DNA of 64,000 nt, taken from contig NIVC01001587.1 of NCBI GenBank assembly GCA_002269645.1, positions 124,001-188,000 of the forward strand. Reading direction: 5' to 3'. Position 1 is the stretch's first letter. Each line of letters begins with the position of its first letter. Of the stretch, positions 48,276 to 61,312 are shown in pieces. The notes beneath the pieces were generated by a model that saw only the letters and a program-made list of their open reading frames with translations, did not search any database and was not told the DNA's origin. A program made the translations under genes and the position numbers. The DNA comes from Macrostomum lignano (taxonomy: Eukaryota).

Positions 48276-48819
48276 TCAGACTGAGCTGCTCTGCGCCTCG
48301 TTAAAGGTCTTTGTGTGCCGTCTGAATTTCTTCAGTAGATCCCAAGTCACATGTTGCAGCCCTCACAGCAGCCATGGATCCCGCACCCATGTCAGCAGCT
48401 CCCCAGATAGCAACACGGGAAACCTTCAAGAAACTGAGCAGCATGTATTTCTTAGAATTTTCTGATTTTTTCAGTGGCTTCCTTGCACTCAGAATAGCCA
48501 CGAATCACGCGCCAACCTCGTGGGCGTTCTAGAAAATTCTAAAGCTTTCTACCTCCCATGCATATTTAGCCGGATATGCCAAGGGTACCGCTTTTTTCGC
48601 TCTAGTCAGACAAAATACAGTCAAGTTAAAAAGAATGTTTGATGAGTCAATAAAATGATGTGAAACCTTTTAAAAATTAATAAAATCTCCCGTTCTCTGA
48701 CCTGTCTTCTCCCGATCCTCGCTTCCTCAACCCTATTCAACCTTAATACATACTCCCCTTCGCCTTCCCATCTCACTCTACTCATTATCGCCCTCTACTC
48801 CTTTTCATCCACGACCCCT

Positions 48820-50650
48820 CATCCCCACTCATCCCCGACTCCTCATCCCCTACTCCTCATCCCCGACTCCTCATCCCCTACTCCTCATCCCCTACTCCTC
48901 ATCCCCTACTCCTCATCCCCTACTCCTCATCCCCTACTCCTCATCCCCTACTCCTCATCCCCACTCATCCCCGACTCCTCATCCCCTACTCCTCATCCCC
49001 GACTCCTCATCCCCTACTCCTCATCCCCGACTCCTCATCCCCGACTCCTCATCCCCGACTCCTCATCCCCTACTCCTCATCCCCTACTCCTCATCCCCTA
49101 CTCCTCATCCCCTACTCCTCATCCCCGACTCCTCATCCCCTACTCCTCATCCCCTACTCCTCATCCCCTACTCCTCATCCCCTACTCCTCATCCCGACTC
49201 CTCATCCCCGACTCCTCATCCCCTACTCCTCATCCCCTACTCCTCATCCCCTACTCCTCATCCCCTACTCCTCATCCCCTACTCCTCATCCCCTACTCCT
49301 CATCCCCGACTCCTCATCCCCGACTCCTCATCCCCGACTCCTCATCCCCTACTCCTCATCCCCGACTCCTCATCCCCGACTCCTCATCCCCTACTCCTCA
49401 TCCCCTACTCCTCATCCCCGACTCCTCATCCCCTACTCCTCATCCCCTACTCCTCATCCCCGACTCCTCATCCCCTACTCCTCATCCCCGACTCCTCATC
49501 CCCTACTCCTCATCCCCTACTCCTCATCCCCGACTCCTCATCCCCTACTCCTCATCCCCTACTCCTCATCCCCTACTCCTCATCCCCACTCATCCCCGAC
49601 TCCTCATCCCCTACTCCTCATCCCCGACTCCTCATCCCCTACTCCTCATCCCCGACTCCTCATCCCCGACTCCTCATCCCCGACTCCTCATCCCCTACTC
49701 CTCATCCCCGACTCCTCATCCCCTACTCCTCATCCCCTACTCCTCATCCCCGACTCCTCATCCCCTACTCCTCATCCCCGACTCCTCATCCCCTACTCCT
49801 CATCCCCTACTCCTCATCCCCGACTCCTCATCCCCTACTCCTCATCCCCTACTCCTCATCCCCGACTCCTCATCCCCTACTCCTCATCCCCTACTCCTCA
49901 TCCCCTACTCCTCATCCCCTACTCCTCATCCCCGACTCCTCATCCCCGACTCCTCATCCCCGACTCCTCATCCCCTACTCCTCATCCCCGACTCCTCATC
50001 CCCTACTCCTCATCCCCTACTCCTCATCCCCGACTCCTCATCCCCTACTCCTCATCCCCTACTCCTCATCCCCGACTCCTCATCCCCACTCATCCCCTAC
50101 TCCTCATCCCCACTCATCCCCGACTCCTCATCCCCTACTCCTCATCCCCTACTCCTCATCCCCATACTCCTCATCCCCTACTCCTCATCCCCGACTCCTC
50201 ATCCCCTACTCCTCATCCCCACTCATCCCCTACTCCTCATCCCCTACTCCTCATCCCCTACTCCTCATCCCCGACTCCTCATCCCCTACTCCTCATCCCC
50301 TACTCCTCATCCCCTACTCCTCATCCCCACTCATCCCCTACTCCTCATCCCCACTCATCCCCTACTCCTCATCCCCACTCATCCCCTACTCCTCATCCCC
50401 AACTCCTCATCCCCTACTCCTCATCCGCTACTCCTCATCCCCTACTCCTCATCCCCTACTCCTCATCCCCACTCATCCCCTACTCCTCATCCCCTACTCC
50501 TCATCCCCACTCATCCCCTACTCCTCATCCCCTACTCCTCATCCCCTACTCCTCATCCGCTACTCCTCATCCCCTACTCCTCGTCCCCTCTCATTCCCTA
50601 CTCCTCATCCCCTCTCATCCCCTACTCCTCATCATTATCCCCTACTCATC
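48820..50650. repeat. 14-bp minisatellite (CTCCTCATCCCC(T/G)A)n immediately 3' of the GPCR gene
   Basis: About 130 copies, extreme C/G strand skew. Confidence 0.97.
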
Positions 50651-50716
50651 CCTCTGTTCTCCTCTCCCCCTTCAATACCACATTCCTTCAATCCTCTTCA
50701 TCCCTCCCAGCCTCAG

Positions 50717-51370
50717 TCAGTCCTTTCCGATCGCCGTCGTGTTCCGGTCTCTTTCAGCAGGACTCGGTCTCAGCTGCGCCAAGGAAACTCCGCCGCTGGT
50801 CCCCGAGGCCTGTCGTGGGCCGCCGCCGCCGCCGCGAAGGCCGCAGCAGCTGAGTAGAAAGGCGCGAAAATTGGGCATTAAAATAAAAAAGATGACGGGA
50901 TTCACGGCGCTGTTCATGCTGATTAGAAACGAGTCGAGCAGCTGCAGGAACCAAGTCCCAGTTGAGTCCTCGTCAAGGCTGACTAGAATGAACGTGACCG
51001 AGTCCAGGGCGAACAGGGCCACGAAGGCGAAGCTGGTGACTCCGGCGGTGACGGTCAGTCGTCTGGCGGCTGAGCTCGCCGACTTTCGCTGCCTGTCCGC
51101 GCCGCTGGCATTGCCGACGCCGCTGCTAGACCGGAGCAGGGCGACCACGATGGCCGAGTAGGTGACCAGGAACAGCAGGAACGGCAGGATCCAGAACAGG
51201 ACTAAATTGGCCACGCCGAAGCCTGTCAGCTGAGCGGCGGTCAGGTGGTTCCAGTTGCAGTAGCGGTGCACACTTGGCGAGCTGTCGGCGCTATCGCTTC
51301 CGCTGCCGTTGAGCGTCTGCGGCGAGACCAGACTCTGCGAGTATGGCGCGAAGACTAGGCAGAACGGCAC
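50717..51370 (-). CDS. Class A (rhodopsin-like) orphan GPCR exon 2 (TM4 end to TM7, C-tail)
   Basis: ECL2 Cys, TM5 FWILPF, TM7 SMNSAVNPVIF, palmitoylation-like CC; acceptor CTGCAG phase 0. Confidence 0.85.
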   Translation of the reverse strand: MPFCLVFAPYSQSLVSPQTLNGSGSDSADSSPSVHRYCNWNHLTAAQLTGFGVANLVLFWILPFLLFLVTYSAIVVALLRSSSGVGNASGADRQRKSASSAARRLTVTAGVTSFAFVALFALDSVTFILVSLDEDSTGTWFLQLLDSFLISMNSAVNPVIFFILMPNFRAFLLSCCGLRGGGGGPRQASGTSGGVSLAQLRPSPAERDRNTTAIGKD

Positions 51371-51414
51371 CTGCAGAGTGGGATAGTAGCTTGGATTAGT
51401 GTCTTACATGCAAT

Positions 51415-51995
51415 GTTCTAGTGTCTCAGTGTCTCAGTGTCCCAGTGTCTCAGTGTTTCAGTGTCTCAGTGTCTCAGTGTCTCAGTGTCTCAGTGTCTCA
51501 GTGTCTTAGTGTCTCAGTGTCTCAGTGTTTCAGTGTCTCAGTGTCTCAGTGTCTCAGTGTCTCAGTGTCTCAGTGTTTCAGTGTTTCAGTGTGTCAGTGT
51601 CTCAGTGTTTCAGTGTCTCAGTGTTTCAGTGTCTCAGTGTCTCAGTGTCTCAGTGTTTCAGTGTCTCAGTGTCTTAGTGTCTCAGTGTCTCAGTGTCTTA
51701 GTGTCTCAGTGTCTCAGTATCTCAGTGTCTCAGTATCTCGGTGTCTCAGTGTCTCAGTATCTCAGTGTCTCAGTGTCTCAGTATCTCAGTGTCTCAGTAT
51801 CTCAGTGTCTCAGTGTCTCAGTGTCTCAGTGTCTCAGTATCTCAGTGTCTCAGTGTCTCAGTATCTCAGTGTCTCAGTATCTCGGTGTCTCAGTGTCTCA
51901 GTGTCTCAGTGTTTCAGTGTCAGTGTCTCAGTGTCTCATTATCGCATTATCTCAGTGTCTCAGTGTCTCAGTATCTCAGTGTCTCAGTGTCTCAG
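51415..51995. repeat. 8-bp satellite (CAGTGTCT)n filling the GPCR intron
   Basis: About 70 copies. Confidence 0.97.
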
Positions 51996-52057
51996 TCTGG
52001 TTTTGCCTGTCTGTCCCACAGCGTCTCCCTGCCTTTCGATTCAAAGGAAATTCTTGC

Positions 52058-52495
52058 CTGCAAAAAGAAGGGCGAAGCGGTCACCAGTCCCATGAGGCAG
52101 TACAGCACAGTTTTCTTATGCAGTTTGTACCACAGCGGACTGCAGAGACAGAGGCAGCGTTCCAAGGACAGAGCCACCAGATTGTAGACACTCATGCTGA
52201 CGAAGGTCCAGTAGATCAGTTGACTGAACACGATGGCGCAGAATGCCGTCCAAGCCACCTCCGAGCTGCCTCCATTCTGTAGCGGTTCCAGGATGAACGA
52301 CTTCCGGTACTGCACCAGCAGCAGGCTGGACAGCATGACGCCCAGGTCGATGACAGACTGGCTGCGAAACAGGACAGTGCAGGCCCAGTTGCCGATCTTT
52401 TCACGAAAGGTGAAACCGAGGAACAGCAGGTTCAGGAGGCAACCGATCGACTGGATGGCGGTCTTTGCGATGTCGAATCCCACTTGGAAATTCAT
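52058..52495 (-). CDS. Class A orphan GPCR exon 1 (TM1-TM4)
   Basis: TM1 GCLLN, TM2 SVID, TM3 C...VALSLERC; 146 codons ending at a CAG|GCAAGA (GC) donor; N-terminus may extend upstream. Confidence 0.82.
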
Positions 52496-52829
52496 TTTTC
52501 GGTGCTGATTTCGGGGGCTAAGGAAACTTGATAGAGAGTCGGCAGAGGGCCAGTTGCGGGTTAAGCTGGGAGGGTTTTTATTTACACGCGAAGCGGCTCT
52601 GCAGCCCAGCCATTGGACGACGCAATGGACAGTGTAAAGTAGGCGGTCATCAGGGGGACTGTTCTCAATACGGAAGAAGCGGGCTAACTGGTGATATTGA
52701 GCACAGACTCACACAGAGTGTACACAGCGGCCCTGACTTGAATGTCAATTAATCGGACGCAGGCGAAATCGGAACAATGAACTGGTCGGTTAGACAGCTA
52801 CGAGCGTATCAACATGAGATGTTGACTTC

Positions 52830-53525
52830 ATCAACATCCAGTTGTGAAGTCAGTGACCGTCATGAGATAATCTGGCTGTAAAGTCTGTGACTATCATGAC
52901 ATAAACTGGTTGTGAAGTCAGTGACCGTCATGAGATAATCTGGCTGTAAAGTCTGTGACCGTCATGAGATAATCTGGCTGTAAAGTCTGTGACCATCATG
53001 AGACAATCTGGCTGTAAAGTCTGTGACCGTCATGAGATAATCTGGCTGTAAAGTCTGTGACCGTCATGAGATAATCTGGCTGTAAAGTCTGTGACCATCA
53101 TGAGACAATCTGGCTGTAAAGTCTGTGACCGTCATGAGATAATCTGGCTGTAAAGTCTGTGACCATCATGAGATAATCTGGCTGTAAAGTATGTGACCGT
53201 CATGAGATAATCTGGCTGTAAAGTCTGTGACCGTCATGAGACAATCTGGCTGTAAAGTCTGTGACCATCATGAGATAATCTGGCTGTAAAGTCAGTGACC
53301 GTCATGAGATAATCTGGCTGTAAAGTCAGTGACCATCATGAGATAATCTGGCTGTAAAGTCTGTGACCGTCATGAGATAATCTGGCTGTAAAGTCTGTGA
53401 CCATCATGAGACAATCTGGCTGTAAAGTCTGTGACCGTCATGAGATAATCTGGCTGTAAAGTCTGTGACCATCATGAGATAATCTGGCTGTAAAGTCTGT
53501 GACCGTCATGAGACAATCTGGTTGT
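52830..53525. repeat. 34-bp minisatellite (GTGACCGTCATGAGATAATCTGGCTGTAAAGTCT)n
   Basis: About 20 copies. Confidence 0.95.
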
Positions 53526-53939
53526 GAATTCATTTCCAATGCAATCAGAATGAACAGCTCAGAATTGTAGGTTCGAACCTATAGCTGCATGGGTATACTT
53601 CTTTAAATTGCATTCTTGCCGTTCCAGGCCTAAAAAAATTGCATGACATAATGACTTCTCTTTTAAATTGTTCCTTCTTCTAACAAATCAATGTAATCAA
53701 AGGCAATAATGGAAAGGTTGTTTACCCCCTAACTTCTTTTACAAATCAATTGGTAAGCAAAGGCAATGGAAAGGCTTTTTACTCCTAAACTATTACCTGT
53801 CTTTATATGAGTCGTTGGGAACAAATTATGCTCTAAGCAGGGACCTAAATGAACAAGAAAAAATTTATCGATGATATCACAGGCAACTTCCCCGATCTGC
53901 ATGCTATTTTTTGGATTGAACCAATATTTTGAGAGGGAA

Positions 53940-54080
53940 ACAAGCTATCTACATGTAGCTATTAACCAAGTCCCAAACTACACTGACATGCATCATCTAC
54001 TCAAGTTCAGGTCCTTCCATCCAGAGCACTCGTTTGGAGAGGAATCCACAGGTTATCAGATTGGCGAGGTTATTTGACAA
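53940..54080 (+). mobile_element. Possible Penelope-like RT thumb-region remnant
   Basis: YTDMHHLLKFRSFHPEHSF resembles the PLE motif TDTHQLLH..SFHP.HTF; short, flanks decayed. Confidence 0.35.
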
Positions 54081-55342
54081 AAGATCCGACTTCTTTGAAG
54101 CAATCAATAATACCATTGACCCGGGACAGGGGAATTCCTAACAAGAGGATTTTAAAACTGGTTTCAGTAGTACCAGCTAAAGGTACAAAATAGTTGCTCT
54201 CGGCCCACTGCCTCTTTGTACTAGTTGCTTTTAATTTGTAAGCCCTTGACCAGCTTCAAAGGGCCTGTCAACTTAAGCTCAAGTGGAGCTTAGTGGAGCC
54301 CTAAATTGGAGCCCGATTGCAGTAACCTATGTACTCAAATGATATATACATGCACGTCATTCTGCGTACTGCAGTGACACCAGAAGCTGGATTTCGAAGC
54401 TGGAGCTGGATTTCGCAAAAAGGTGACAAAAATTGGACCATGGGATGTAAGGAGAGAACAAGCAATTAGGGGGATAGTTAGGGACTCCAATTTATGAGAT
54501 TAAGATGACAGGCCCTTTTATAATCTTAAAATCATCTCAATTTTATCAACCTGCCGTACTGCAAACAATTATATAGTAATCAACAAACAGCAACAAGATA
54601 TTGCATGCCGACGCGAAAGGTCAAAAGGAATATACATAAGGATCACCGCGAACAAAATTATTCGTAAAAGCATCGATTTCTCAGCTATGTCAGAGTCAGA
54701 GGAATGACCTCCTGCAACTTGGTACAAATGAAGTGCTACCTTATATCCTCTTAAGTCGCGACAACCTCTATACAGTACTACAGTATGCGCAGGCGCTTGT
54801 TGGTCCGACCAGTCCAGTGCAGCTATATAACTTGTAGCGGTGCTGAAAAAATAAGGCGTGGGGTGGTGGTTCTTAGGTAATTTGATTTATCGCGGAATTT
54901 TTTAGAATTGCAATACGTGCTACTATAGAAAAGAGTTGCCAAAATTACGCTTATGCATAGATTTAAATAAAAAATGTTTTTTTGACTTTTTAATTAATAT
55001 CCAAAACTCTAGTATACTGAGGTGAGTTTTAACGTAATAAATTATTCCTTTAGCATTAGAATTGTTATATTAAGTGGTGGTTTATATCGCTTTCAGATTC
55101 AAACAGCATCATCTTAAGTAGAGATCGAACTCAGGTCGCGCGCGCGCTTGATAGATAGCCTATCCGACCGGTTGCACTCAATGGTGGTTAGTTTGGTTAA
55201 TTTCCGTCATCAATCATTTTCAAATTACCTAGGTCGTCTCTAGCTTAAGACAAAATCGTTAAATTTTACTTGGTAACGACGAGCAGTTTTGTTGCATTTG
55301 ACACCACACTTTGACCTAAACATTGTCAAATTTACTCTTGCA

Positions 55343-55351
55343 ATGTCTGAG
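55343..55351 (+). CDS. ACBP: Acyl-CoA-binding protein exon 1 (MSE)
   Basis: ATGTCTGAG|GTAAGC; 3-codon first exon as in vertebrate DBI. Confidence 0.7.
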
Positions 55352-56089
55352 GTAAGCTTTAAAATTTTAATCAGTATATTATATTCTCAATCTCAACTAA
55401 AGTCTTCACGACTTTAACTCCTAAAAAGTGACTGGCCAGTGTCCAACATGGGAACTTTTCCTGCCAAACTGACTAGAGTGAGACAATATAACATTGAATA
55501 TTTTTTAGAATATTTCCAAACCAAAATGGCACTTTCACATTTAATGAAACAATTATACCTAGACCTATTTAATTGCAGCTGAAATATTTATATTAAAAAT
55601 CAGATGCTCTTTGTTTATAATCATTTATTACACTTTATCTCTACCTATAAATATAAAAATAAAATGAAAATAAAACTGAGTTAAATATATATTAAAACAA
55701 TGCTTATTGCCATTGTTAGGCCTATGGCATGTCTATGTCTATAGTATTATCATAATTCTAACATTATTTAGGCCTTAAATACTACTCTTAGTATTATAGT
55801 AATAAATAAACTAGACACTATTGACTTAAAAATTTCAATAATATATTATATTTATAGGCATAGTTCTAGTTTACTTTGTTATTTTCCAACCCCCCTACCC
55901 TTGAATAGAGGGCGAAATAATTTAATGCAGTAAACTAGAACTATGCCTATTTATAATATATATATCATTTATTAGCAATATTTTACTTTATTGCGTTTAA
56001 TTTTTTTAATGGTTCTTTTTAAATTTCAGAACATAAAGATGGTAGGAAGATAAAAGGTAAGTGTCTTTAAGTGTCAGGTAAGTCAATTA

Positions 56090-56340
56090 GTCAGTAATAA
56101 TGAGCCACCCAGTACAGGAAGTTGCCAAACTCCTTTCTAAGAAAGAGCCCGCGCCAGAGATACTCACTGAGATGGCTTTCAAACAGAGATTTGGAAGTGC
56201 CATGCATCGCCTGGAACTTTGCCTTGCCATGGGCCCACGACCCCTCAATGGTGTTTGTGTGGATCGATGGGTCGTTAAGGTCAGCAAAATGGAGTTGATG
56301 ATTCACAACATCATGGTTCTGCAAGCCATTGTAGGCCTGA
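56090..56340 (-). mobile_element. Merlin (IS1595/ISXO2-like) DDE transposase C-terminal fragment in the ACBP intron
   Basis: VNHQLHFAD...IHTNTIEGSWAHGK...FESHLSEYLWR matches the ISXO2-like motif HTN.IE..W...K...YL.E..WR. Confidence 0.75.
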
Positions 56341-57759
56341 AATGAGAAAGAAAAGTGAAAAATAATTAAATGCAGTAAAGTAAAAGATTGTAGGCCTGTA
56401 GCCATTGTAGGCCCGAAATGAGAAAGAAAAGTGAAAAATAATTAAACACAGTAAAGTAAAAGATTGCCCATTTATCTAATCTGTCATTTCTATATAGAAA
56501 TAAGGTAGGGTAATAAAATATAATTTAATTAATTATACTCGTATTTTCCTTTTTCTTATATTTTTGAGAAGTAGAAAGTTATTATTATTATTATTATAAA
56601 TATTGTGTTATTTTGATTTTAAATAAGAATTAGGCTTTGTCAAAACTAATATTATTACTATTAGCATATTAAATGTTGATATATATGTAGGTATATATAA
56701 ATAATATATATTTTTTTATTTTATTAGCTAGATTTTTTCTTTTGAAACTTAGATGAGAATTATGATATCAAAGCATTTTTACTAGTTTATTAAAACCCTA
56801 TTGCAGCCAAGGTCTAAACCATGCCTTAGATATATTTCTCTTTCCCATTTTAGACACTTAATTCTATGTATACCCTCTTTGCATATGCCATGCCCCTTGT
56901 GTATACTTAGAAACCTTCCTTTTATATCCTATACCCCTATATATATCCTTATACCTATATATTGCACTGTTTCTAACTTAATCTATGTTGGATACTATCT
57001 ATAAAAATGCGAATGGCCATTGGCTATAATAGGATAATAAGTTATTAATTATTTATAACTGTTTGCTCTAGAACTTTATTCTATGCTATATTTTGGTATC
57101 TATATTCAATCCCTTTTATTATATAAATCTATATTTAAGGTTAGTTTAACTAGTTTGTTTGTAACAAACTAGTTTGTTTGTTATGGTCATATATATATGA
57201 CCATATTGATCATAATAAGTTGTATAAAATTTCTCTTGTCTTTTATTATTCATGCTTATAATAATCAACCCTCAATGACATTATGAAATGTGTATGACAG
57301 ACCATAGGATGGTCAAAATCTATTATTGACATGTAAATATTACCATAGACAACTAAAATACAAGGATAAGCCTACTATATTATATTCAAAAATTGTGCAA
57401 AATTCACTAGAGGCTAGTTTTGCTGAAAAAGTATATTTAGCAAGATAAGACAAGGTAAGAAGCTTTCAGTTTTTTAAGCCACTAAATTCCTAATATCTCA
57501 TATTTTAAATTGTAATTTTTTGTTCATTGTGCATTTGCAAGTTTGTCAAAAAAGTTACAAAACAGTATTTACAGAAAATGGCAATGTGTCCTAGAAATTT
57601 AGTAAGTCATCTACAAGTAAAGTCCAGAAAGAGTGATATTATAAAGTTATAGTATCATATGTGGCTTTGATGTGATTTACTTACTTTTCTTTTATAAATA
57701 TACTAGCTAGCCTAATTGTGTTAATTCAGAATCTAACAAAAAACTATTAAACTCTTTAG

Positions 57760-58017
57760 TCGGAATTCAATGACTACGCTGAGAAGGTGAAGAAGTTGAA
57801 GTCTCGTCCCACTGATGCTGAGATGCTGGACTTATATGGCCTATTTAAGCAGGCCACTGTTGGCGATGTGAACACCGAGCGACCTGGCTTGCTGGATCTG
57901 AAAGGCAAAGCCAAGTGGGACAGCTGGAGCCAGTGCAAGGGCACTGAGCAAGGCCAGGCCCGTAGCAACTATGTGGAGCTGGCTAAACGACTAATTGAGC
58001 AATATGGATTGGAATGA
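57760..58017 (+). CDS. ACBP: Acyl-CoA-binding protein exon 2 (88 aa total)
   Basis: SEFNDYAEKVKKLK...LYGLFKQATVGDVNTERPGLLDLKGKAKWDSW signature; CTTTAG acceptor phase 0. Confidence 0.95.
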   Translation, partial: SEFNDYAEKVKKLKSRPTDAEMLDLYGLFKQATVGDVNTERPGLLDLKGKAKWDSWSQCKGTEQGQARSNYVELAKRLIEQYGLE

Positions 58018-58389
58018 TTGATAGACAGAGATTGCACTCTGTGTTGGTTGGCAGTTTTACAATACAAATATGCTATGTTTATTTGTTTATTAATCAGCTT
58101 TTCTACTATTTAATCCACTTAAATTATTTATGTTGGAATATAATAGTTATTATCCTTTCTTTTTCTAATTTTTGGATATCATCTAGGTATTTAGGTATAT
58201 AATATTATTTAGCACACTAATCTCATTTCTAGTCAATTGCTTTTTTCGTTGAAATAGCAAACTGCTTACTCTCCCGAGTTTAAAAATCTGTTAAAAACTA
58301 ATATTAAATTAATATTAAATATTAAATCAGCTTAAATATTGGAGATCTCGTTTCTGTCTCTTTTGGTTTGGAATTGTAAAACATTAGCT

Positions 58390-60402
58390 TAAAAAATCCC
58401 ATTGGGTGGAATTCCCACTGTAGGATCTGATGAGTGGAATTCCCACTGTAGGATCTGATGAGTGGAATTCCCACTGTAGGATCTGATGGGTGGAATTCCC
58501 ATTGTAGGATCTGATGGGTGGAATTTCCATTGTAGGATCTGATGAGTGGAATTCCCACTGTAGGATCTGATGAGTGGAATTCCCACTGTAGGATCTGATG
58601 AGTGGAATTCCCACTGTAGGATCTGATGAGTGGAATTCCCACTGTAGGATCTGATGAGTGGAATTCCCACTGTAGGATCTGATGAGTGGAATTCCCACTG
58701 TAGGATCTGATGAGTGGAATTCCCACTGTAGGATCTGATGAGTGGAATTCCCACTGTAGGATCTGATGAGTGGAATTCCCACTGTAGGATCTGATGAGTG
58801 GAATTCCCATTGTAGGATCTGATGGGTGGAATTCCCACTGTAGGATCTGATGAGTGGAATTCCGACTGTAGGATCTGATGAGTGGAATTCCCACTGTAGG
58901 ATCTGATGAGTGGAATTCCCACTGTAGGATCTGATGAGTGGAATTCCCACTGTAGGATCTGATGAGTGGAATTCCCATTGTAGGATCTGATGAGTGGAAT
59001 TCCCACTGTAGGATCTGATGAGTGGAATTCCCACTGTAGGATCTGATGGGTGGAATTCCCATTGTAGGATCTGATGGGTGGAATTCCCACTGTAGGATCT
59101 GATGAGTGGAATTCCCACTGTAGGATCTGATGGGTGGAATTCCCATTGTAGGATCTGATGGGTGGAATTCCCACTGTAGGATCTGATGAGTGGACTTCCC
59201 ACTGTAGGATCTAATGGGTGGAATTCCCACTGTAGGATCTGATGAGTGGAATTCCCATTGTAGGATCTGATGGGTGGAATTTCCATTGTAGGATCTGATG
59301 AGTGGAATTCCCACTGTAGGATCTAATGGGTGGAATTCCCACTGTAGGATCTGATGAGTGGAATTCCCACTGTAGGATCTGATGAGTGGAATTCCCACTG
59401 TAGGATCTGATGGGTGGAATTCCCACTGTAGGATCTGATGAGTGGAATTCCCACTGTAGGATCTGATGAGTGGAATTCCGACTGTAGGATCTGATGAGTG
59501 GAATTCCCACTGTAGGATCTGATGAGTGGAATTCCCACTGTAGGATCTGATGAGTGGAATTCCCATTGTAGGATCTGATGGGTGGAATTCCCACTGTAGG
59601 ATCTGATGAGTGGAATTCCGACTGTAGGATCTGATGAGTGGAATTCCGACTGTAGGATCTGATGAGTGGAATTCCCACTGTAGGATCTGATGAGTGGAAT
59701 TCCCACTGTAGGATCTGATGAGTGGAATTCCCACTGTAGGATCTGATGAGTGGAATTCCCACTGTAGGATCTGATGAGTGGAATTCCCACTGTAGGATCT
59801 GATGGGTGGAATTCCCATTGTAGGATCTGATGGGTGGAATTCCCACTGTAGGATCTGATGAGTGGAATTCCCACTGTAGGATCTGATGAGTGGAATTCCC
59901 ATTGTAGGATCTGATGGGTGGAATTCCCACTGTAGGATCTAATGGGTGGAATTCCCACTGTAGGATCTGATGAGTGGAATTCCCACTGTAGGATCTGATG
60001 AGTGGAATTCCTATTGTAGGATCTGATGGGTGGAATTCCCACTGTAGGATCTGATGAGTGGAATTCCCACTGTAGGATCTGATGAGTGGAATTCCCACTG
60101 TAGGATCTGATGGGTGGAATTCCCACTGTAGGATCTAATGGGTGGAATTCCCACTGTAGGATCTGATGAGTGGAATTCCCATTGTAGGATCTGATGGGTG
60201 GAATTTCCATTGTAGGATCTGATGAGTGGAATTCCCACTGTAGGATCTAATGGGTGGAATTCCCACTGTAGGATCTGATGAGTGGAATTCCCATTGTAGG
60301 ATCTGATGAGTGGAATTTCCATTGTAGGATCTGATGAGTGGAATTCCCACTGTAGGATCTGATGAGTGGAATTCCCACTGTAGGATCTGATGAGTGGAAT
60401 TA
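58390..60402. repeat. 28-bp minisatellite (GTAGGATCTGATGAGTGGAATTCCCACT)n between ACBP and the CoA-transferase
   Basis: About 72 copies. Confidence 0.97.
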
Positions 60403-60748
60403 CCTCTCAAGTACCCGGGTCTAGCGTGCTCCCTCTCGGTCACGAATGGTTAGAATCGATTACCAATGCTAAATCCCGGGAGTTATCTATACTTTAGTAT
60501 ATTGGATTACATGTATTATTCTAGCGTCGAACGAACTCTTCCTACCAAAGTTCACTGTGTACGTTTTATACAGTGTGTAATGCTGTTTGCGCCCATAGAC
60601 AGCCAAGCCATGCAGTCAGCCAGACATCAGACGCGATCTTTTAATAAAGCTACTCAAAAGGTCAAAGAGAACTCTAGCAAAGAACTCTCAGAGATTGCAC
60701 TATTCTATTTCGTGCGAACAAACGCCGTAGTAAAGGCAAAGCCGAGAT

Positions 60749-61312
60749 ATGCTGCTGCGAGTGCTGCCTTCCACGCTTTCCCGCTGTCTGAGGCCAGTAA
60801 GCCGCTCCTACTATGTTGACCAGCTGTCTCTTGGCGAACCGTTTCACCCCGTTCCAAACCGGCATCCTGTAACTATGGAAGCGGAAAAAGTATTCGAGCA
60901 GCACCTGGACTCCAATCAGAAGGTGTTTGTACACGGCGGGGCCGCCACGCCAAATCACCTAATAGATAGCATGGTGCAAGTTGGACTGAAGCGCAAGTTA
61001 AAAAACATCAGCGTGATGCACATCCACACTGAAGGTCCGGCCGCCTACAATACCGAAGCTTGCCAAGGCGTATTCCGCAGCAATTCGCTGTTCACTTCGG
61101 CCAATTGCCGGGAAGCTATCGGCGCTGGTCGGGGCGATTTTACGCCGATATTTTTGTCGGAAATTCCGCTACTATTTCGACGGGGCGCGGTGAAACTTGA
61201 CCTGGCGCTTATTATGGTGACGCCGCCTGATAGGCATGGATTCTGCAGTCTGGGACCGTCGGTTGATTGTGCCAGGTCCGCCATTCAGAATGCCCGGGTT
61301 ATTGTGGCTCAG
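60749..61312 (+). CDS. Mitochondrial acetate:succinate CoA-transferase / acetyl-CoA hydrolase-transferase family (4-hydroxybutyrate CoA-transferase-like) exon 1
   Basis: Arg/Ser/Leu-rich presequence; VFVHGGAATP, FLSEIPLLF, SLGPSVD motifs; CAG|GTGAGT phase 0. Confidence 0.9.
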
